DNA of 49,582 nucleotides from Nemertoderma westbladi. Its lineage: Eukaryota > Animalia > Xenacoelomorpha. The notes beneath the pieces were generated by a model. It had not been told where the DNA came from. It did not search any database and was given only the letters and a program-made list of their open reading frames with translations. The translations under genes were made by a program, and so were the position numbers. The stretch covers positions 1-49,582 of the forward strand of contig JAUCBJ010007394.1 of NCBI GenBank assembly GCA_032718475.1, given 5' to 3'. Positions 46,609-49,582 of this stretch are shown here, piece by piece. Position 1 is the stretch's first letter. Each line of letters opens with the position of its first letter.

Positions 46609-49581
46609 TTAGAGAGAGCTATCCACCATATCTTTGCGATACATAACATTGCTTGTAGATTCGCTATTTGGCATATGACAGTAAGCCATCATGTTGTTAA
46701 CATATGGAATGGAAGAAATCCGTTCCCAATCAATGACCTCGTTTGCTGACGTGGTTTTATTCTGGTTAATACATGGGCAGTCTATGGAGCTGTCATTTGG
46801 TAGTTTGTCATTCTGTATGACATGAATGTCAGATGTGTCCTGATGCGGTTCATTAATTCTAGGGTTGTCGTTACCATATATAGGCCAACTTTCAAGACTG
46901 TTATCACAAGTCAGTTGTTGGTTCCTAGAGATAATGTTAGACATTTTTAATTGTTGTTTATTAAAGGTTTGGCCTAAATTGTCATTTCCTTGTTGATTGT
47001 CATCATCACTTTGCTTATGTTCGTTATAACACCTGTATTTAGAAATATTGTATTCTTTTTCTGAATGCCACTTTTTGGGACAAACTCCGTTCGATTCTGG
47101 GAGACTGTGATAAACTTGTTCACAAGAACTATCTCCAAGCCCATTGTTACGAGTAAAGTAATTCACAAGGCTGCTTAGCTCTGGTCCAGGGTTTGGTTTG
47201 AGCTCCGAGGCAATAGAGGAACATGGTGAATTGAATGCTGTGCGTGATGGGAAGTTCTGAGATAAGGAAATACTTTGTTGATGGCATATTGCATCTTGTT
47301 GACCACCATGTTGGTTTCTCCCACAACATATTGCATATTGGGGTTCATGATATGGTGATAAACATATTTCCCTCTCATTTTGAATAGTTCCAGAACCATT
47401 TTGTAAACCCGAACATCTGCATCCCTCACCTTTATTCAATCCAGAAAGATCGGGATCCATGCTTGGGGATTCACTACCAAGTGCAGGTCGCACGCAGGAA
47501 CATCTCGAGCTAGTCGATTTACTCCGATTAGAAGGACAATCTTCGGTGAAGTTACTACTGAAATTCATTGCGGAATTGTGAGTGTGTCGTTTATGCTGTG
47601 AGTCATTTGGAACGGAAGTTTTGGGGGTCCAAACGCAATAATCGCTACCAGTCGCATTATGATCCCAATAATTTCGAAATATTTCTGATCTAGATGTCTC
47701 AAGGGACATTTTTGTTTTTTTGTGACAATTACCTTCCATATTTTTGTTATTCCCTGATGTATCTGAAACCAGTGTATGAGAAAAATCTTCAGTTGGTATT
47801 ATTTCCATTAATTGCGAATTTGTGTTGACATTCCCTTCATTTTTTTGTTTTTCTGTCTGTTTTTTCTGGTCAATACTTTCTTCCCCACTATTTCCAGCTT
47901 TAGAAGTACTCTGCTGACATTCTTCATCTATTGTAAAAAGCGATTTGTCATTCTTTACAGGGACAATACTTGACCCTATGGTCATATCGTTCCCCCTGCC
48001 TATGAGGATACTTAGCTGATGAGATATTTTTTTTGCAATTTCAATCATGCAGTCAAGAGCTGACTTATTGTCAGCAGAATTTTCCGCATTATGCATCCGG
48101 AAGTCAAATGGTTTGGTGAAAGTTTCCTTGTCCATTATTTCAATGTCCTTCGAAATTATTTGTTTATCAATAATATGTTTATGACATTGGGGTTTGTTAA
48201 TTTTATCTTTTAAGCTAAACTCATGAATTGTTGCAGTTGTATCCTCTTGTGGGATTATAATCCGGTTGACTTTTTGGAAATCGTTTTGCACAATTTTACT
48301 TTTTTCAATTTCATATCTTTGCTGTTTAGTGTCCTTGCTTTGCTCATCATTGCTTTGTTCCAGTTCATTGTGAATCGTTTTACTCTGTTCCTCAGCACCA
48401 TTATCATTTATTATTTCTTTCTCATTACGTAATGTTTCAACAAGTTTTGTTTGTTCCATAACTGATTCGTTTAAGTAAAAGTAAGGATTATTTTGAGATG
48501 TATTCCTGCTGTTTGACCTATTTCTATCATGATGATAACTAAGATAATTGCTTTCCATATTAATGGTAGTTGGGTTGATCGGAATGGGAGTTGGTTTGTT
48601 CTTTGGTAGAATTTTAATTGCATCAGAATCTACCGTTTTGTAGACATTGACTTCACTTGAATTGCATTCCATATTCATTGTTGACATAGAAGCTGGTTTG
48701 CTCATTAGAGGAGGTTCAGAATCTAACTTTTTGCAGAAATTAAATTCGCTTGTAGTAGTAACAAGTTGTTGAGATTGGAGTAAAGCATGTTGTTGGAGCA
48801 CATTTGCTACACTAAACTTTAATGAAGGATCTGTATTTAATGAAACATGCTGGGGTTTCCAACTTCCTGACGACTCGAACACACTAATATCGCTCTGTAA
48901 TTGAAGACTCATCCTCGTCCATTTGTCTCGTTTATTGCTTCTAATGACACTAGTTGCGCTCTTTGCTTTCCGCATTTCATTATATGAGTCCACCCTACCC
49001 AAAGCTTGGTTGTAAGCGATATTGTTATCACTCTTTGAAGGTGCAATATTTGACTGGGTTTGGCTGACCCAACCTGACATGTGCTTCTTGCCTCCCCAGA
49101 ACCATTCATTTTTTGTTTTATCATTGTTTGGCAAAGCAAATGAAGACGCGCTCATATCATGGTTTGAACTAATATTAATTCTACTTGGATCTACAAATCG
49201 GGAATTGTCAGATGAGTAACTAGCTGTGAACGAAGTCGAAAATTTATTTGAATTACTGTCACTTTGTGGTATGAAGGAAAAGGGGACGTCAGTTGCTTCT
49301 AGATTAAGTTTCGGTGAATTATATTGGCTTGTACAATCTATGAGAGGTATGTCACTATGATGTGTAGGTGTGGTGGGACCTTCGCTAGGCTGTTTACTCT
49401 CTTTGTTGCGCTTAAACACATTGAACGATTCAGCTGATGATTTCGCGCTAATTTTAGAATTAAAATTACAGCTGGGATCACTAACAGGACTTGTTTCATT
49501 TCTTCTCCCCGTGATTGCAACTCTAGTTTGCGATTGGTTGCGCTCAGGTAATAAAGTGGTCGGTTCAGATATAAATTGATT
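46609..49581 (-). CDS. Large exon of an unidentified gene, S/N/Q/K-rich and probably disordered; 5' end lies outside the window
   Basis: The 936-aa ORF starts at GTG 49419, but the frame has no stop up to the window edge (at least 990 codons) in AT-rich DNA. Ends TAA TGA, with AATAAA on the minus strand at 46541-46546. No recognisable domain. Confidence 0.7.
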   Translation of the reverse strand, partial: NQFISEPTTLLPERNQSQTRVAITGRRNETSPVSDPSCNFNSKISAKSSAESFNVFKRNKESKQPSEGPTTPTHHSDIPLIDCTSQYNSPKLNLEATDVPFSFIPQSDSNSNKFSTSFTASYSSDNSRFVDPSRINISSNHDMSASSFALPNNDKTKNEWFWGGKKHMSGWVSQTQSNIAPSKSDNNIAYNQALGRVDSYNEMRKAKSATSVIRSNKRDKWTRMSLQLQSDISVFESSGSWKPQHVSLNTDPSLKFSVANVLQQHALLQSQQLVTTTSEFNFCKKLDSEPPLMSKPASMSTMNMECNSSEVNVYKTVDSDAIKILPKNKPTPIPINPTTINMESNYLSYHHDRNRSNSRNTSQNNPYFYLNESVMEQTKLVETLRNEKEIINDNGAEEQSKTIHNELEQSNDEQSKDTKQQRYEIEKSKIVQNDFQKVNRIIIPQEDTTATIHEFSLKDKINKPQCHKHIIDKQIISKDIEIMDKETFTKPFDFRMHNAENSADNKSALDCMIEIAKKISHQLSILIGRGNDMTIGSSIVPVKNDKSLFTIDEECQQSTSKAGNSGEESIDQKKQTEKQKNEGNVNTNSQLMEIIPTEDFSHTLVSDTSGNNKNMEGNCHKKTKMSLETSRSEIFRNYWDHNATGSDYCVWTPKTSVPNDSQHKRHTHNSAMNFSSNFTEDCPSNRSKSTSSRCSCVRPALGSESPSMDPDLSGLNKGEGCRCSGLQNGSGTIQNEREICLSPYHEPQYAICCGRNQHGGQQDAICHQQSISLSQNFPSRTAFNSPCSSIASELKPNPGPELSSLVNYFTRNNGLGDSSCEQVYHSLPESNGVCPKKWHSEKEYNISKYRCYNEHKQSDDDNQQGNDNLGQTFNKQQLKMSNIISRNQQLTCDNSLESWPIYGNDNPRINEPHQDTSDIHVIQNDKLPNDSSIDCPCINQNKTTSANEVIDWERISSIPYVNNMMAYCHMPNSESTSNVMYRKDMVDSSL

Positions 49582-49582
49582 T

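Overview
AT-rich eukaryotic (probably invertebrate animal) genomic DNA dominated by repeats. One host gene is recognisable: EDC4/Ge-1 (mRNA decapping scaffold), minus strand, two coding exons (22383-21603 and 12923-10561, about 1047 aa). Its single 8.7-kb intron is about 85% filled by a 20-28 bp satellite, and two more satellites (a 20-bp near-palindromic array of 5.5 kb and a GAGTACT/GAGTC array) lie downstream. Upstream of EDC4 is a dense transposon cluster: a hAT-type MITE with a LINE fragment between its TIR and TSD, an apparently intact P-element (THAP transposase, 66-bp TIRs, 8-bp TSD), two TTAA-flanked piggyBac-like non-autonomous elements, a Penelope GIY-YIG relic with a nearby minimal hammerhead ribozyme, a fold-back structure around a BEL/Pao integrase fragment, a full-length but disabled Gypsy element with a tRNA-Pro PBS, and RTE-type LINE copies. 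The window ends inside a reading frame of at least 990 codons with no recognisable domain. All calls come from reading the sequence by eye; no searches were run.
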